Assembly (NCBI RefSeq): GCF_028641065.1
Contig: NC_073389.1
Span: 21,824,001-21,888,000 of the forward strand
DNA: 64,000 bases
Reading direction: 5' to 3'
Source of the DNA: Leucoraja erinacea
Taxonomy: Eukaryota
In this document: piece by piece, positions 61,590 to 64,000 of the stretch
Numbering within the stretch: the stretch's first letter is position 1
Layout of the letters: each line of letters starts with the position of its first letter
Program-made: the position numbers and the translations under genes
The notes under the pieces: model-generated
What the model was told of the DNA's origin: nothing
Seen by the model: only the letters and a program-made list of their open reading frames with translations
Databases searched by the model: none

Positions 61590-63230
61590 ATATAGTCATA
61601 CAGCACAGAAACAGGCTCGCTGGCCCAACTCATCCATGCCAACCATGCCAACCTGTCCAAGTGCCTTCTAAATGCTGTTATACTTTCTGATTCAACCACC
61701 TCATTTGAAGAGTGTTGACCAAAAACATCACCCATCCATGTTCTCCAGAGATGCTGCCTGACCTGCTGAGCTACTCTGGCGCTTTGTGTCCATTTGCGTA
61801 TTAACCGGCACCTGCTGATCCTTGTTTCTACCTCCTCTGGCAGCGTGTTCCATATATCCATCACCGTCTGAGTGAAAACATTGCCCCTTAGGTTTGTATT
61901 AAATCTTGCCCCTCTCAGCTTCAACATATGTCCTCTTATTTTCGACACCCCCTACCCTTGGTAAAAGACTTTGTGCATTCACCCTATCCAATCACCTTTT
62001 GAATTTATACCAGTTGGAGGTTAATCTTAAAGTAGTGTTATATTACGGAGGGAAACATATGGAAAACCAGAATCCTAACATTAATAATAAAAATGGAAAA
62101 TGTTAGTGAAATATAACCAAATTAAAAAAAAACACGTTAAATTGTTTATTCAAGGATTTAGATGTGCCAGACGCAGACACCTAGCTGTCTGATATTCATG
62201 TATTTGTCAAAGCAGATCGCAGTATGAGCTCATTCTAGCATGGGGTGAATGATTTGTTGCTTTGGCAACAGACTCTGCCAATTCCTCATCAATCAACAGG
62301 AGGCAAATATCAATTGAGCTTACATGATATGGATGCCTGTGATCTCCTACACAGGGTGCTGTTGTCAGCCTAATCCCTGCCAAACACAGTATGACTGTCA
62401 TGGACAACAGCAGATTCTACCAGCGGCACACCGTCTCAATCTGTATCTATGTGTCACGGGGGGAGGGGGGGGGGGGGGCGAGTTTATCCTGATATTTAAT
62501 ACAGATTAAATAATTACAGATTATTACAAATGAATGCAGATAAGAAATCCTGATATTTTACACAGATGAATGTATAAATTATTTACTTTTACTAAAGGTA
62601 GACACAAAATGCTGGAATAACTGACCTCTTCTCTTTATTCTCATCTGCAAACTTACCGATCACGCGATCCACATTCTCATCCAAATCATTGATATAAACC
62701 ACAAACAGCAATGGGCCCATCACTAGTCACAGAGGCCCATCTCCAGTCTGAAAAGCAACTTCCACCATCACCCTCTGCTTCCTTCCATGAAGCCAATTTT
62801 CAACCCAGTCGGATAACTCTCCCAGGATCCCATGCAACCTAACCTTCCAGTGCAGCCTACAATGTGGACCCTTATCAAATGCCTTGCTGAAGTCCATATA
62901 AACAGTCTGTGGCTTTGTTATGGTTATTTCTTCCAAAAACACAGATATGTAAGGTACAATTTCCCATGTATAAAACCATGCTGTTTATTCCTAATCATCC
63001 CCTGTCTATTCAAAGTCTTATCCCTCAGAATCTTCACCAGTAACTTGCCTAACACAGATGTTAGGCTCACTGGTGTATAGTTCCCAAGCTTTTCCTTACA
63101 GCCCTTCCTAAATAGTGGCACCACATTTGCCACCCGCCAGTTTTCTGGCACCTCACCCATATTTATGACGACTCGTAAATCTCAGCGAGGGCACTTGCAA
63201 TTTCTTCTCTAGCTTTGCACAGTGTCCTTG
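61590..63230 (-). mobile_element. Degraded CR1-clade fragments
   Basis: RGHMLKLRG, YMDFSKAFDK and VPENWRVANVVPLF remnants. Confidence 0.7.
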
Positions 63231-63485
63231 GGTATATCTGATATATTTGTCATATCGGATATATCAATTGCCAGGTCCTACCTCCACATCTCTTCCAGCT
63301 ATTCCCCAAGCCCTCCCTCCCTCGCCCCCCCCCCCCCCCCCCCCCCCCCCCCACCATGCCCCCCCCCCCCATGCCACCCCCCCCCCCCCCATCAGTCTGA
63401 ATAATGGTCCTGACGCAAAACCACCTTTCCATTTTCTCCAGAGATGCTACTTGACCCACTGAGTTACTCCAGTGCTTTGTGTCTA
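63230..63485 (+). mobile_element. Penelope-type pLTR fragment with poly(C) tracts
   Basis: cagtctgaataatggtcc... followed by ctccagagatgct...gagttactccag. Confidence 0.6.
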
Positions 63486-64000
63486 CATTAATTATTTACT
63501 GCTTTTAAAGGACTTCACATTTCTCTCATTAATTAATCTAGGCGAATATGAAGTAAAGAGCATCATACAAACGAGCCAAATTGTGACTTCAAATTAGCAC
63601 AAAATTCCAGGAACTAGGTTTAGATTTAAGTTTATTATACTCACGTGAACCGAGGTGCAGTGAAAAGCTTTGTTTTGCAAGCTATCCAAATAGATCAGAC
63701 ATACCATACATAGGTATAAATCAGTTCAAACTCGTACACTAATTATTATTATATTGTGGTTTTTTCATTCAATATAAACTATTTCAATTTTAAAGCCATT
63801 TTGCATGCTTTATCTTTCCCTCTAAATAATGGAGCACTATGAAGAGGTTTGCCAAATATAACTGTGTTGAAATTAAGCTTCATCCTGAAATTGAATAAAG
63901 CAGTGAAATTATCATGAATAGTTCATCTCAGTTCTGACCCAAGGGACATATGATAACTGGAGCGGAAAGTCCCAGGAACATAGTGCAGGAGTGTGAGCAC

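Noticed and set aside
63222-63462. Proline/glycine-rich ORFs
   Set aside because: Translations of poly(C) tracts in a Penelope-type repeat.

Overview
Repeat-rich vertebrate genomic DNA, most likely a cartilaginous fish (skate/ray/shark), inferred from the mix of HE1-like SINEs, CR1/HER1-like LINEs, Rex1 and Penelope-type repeats. One host gene can be assembled by hand on the minus strand: a single-IgV nectin/PVR-family receptor resembling TIGIT. Its exons are signal peptide 46728-46791, IgV 33419-33748, stalk 32528-32584, TM 31902-31970 and a cytoplasmic YENV exon 22302-22355; the 3' end is unresolved. The window also holds three DIRS1-type tyrosine-recombinase retrotransposons: A (13021-17860, minus, all ORFs intact), B (37849-42863) and C (48236-53106). 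Comparing them shows co-varying ITR/ICR termini, a shared target consensus (CAATTTTRYATY), and positionally conserved splice signals. These signals predict that gag, pol and the recombinase come from unspliced, singly spliced and doubly spliced RNAs, with pol inside an intron whose removal joins the pol start codon in frame to YR. An HIV-type UUUUUUA -1 slippery site is an alternative route into pol. Other content: a young 5'-truncated L1-clade LINE with TSD, many CR1 fragments, a Rex1 LINE, Penelope-derived inverted repeats with hammerhead-ribozyme cores, PIF/Harbinger MITEs, a CORE-type SINE, a minisatellite and a 220-bp N gap. All calls come from manual reading; no database searches were run and boundaries of old repeats are approximate.
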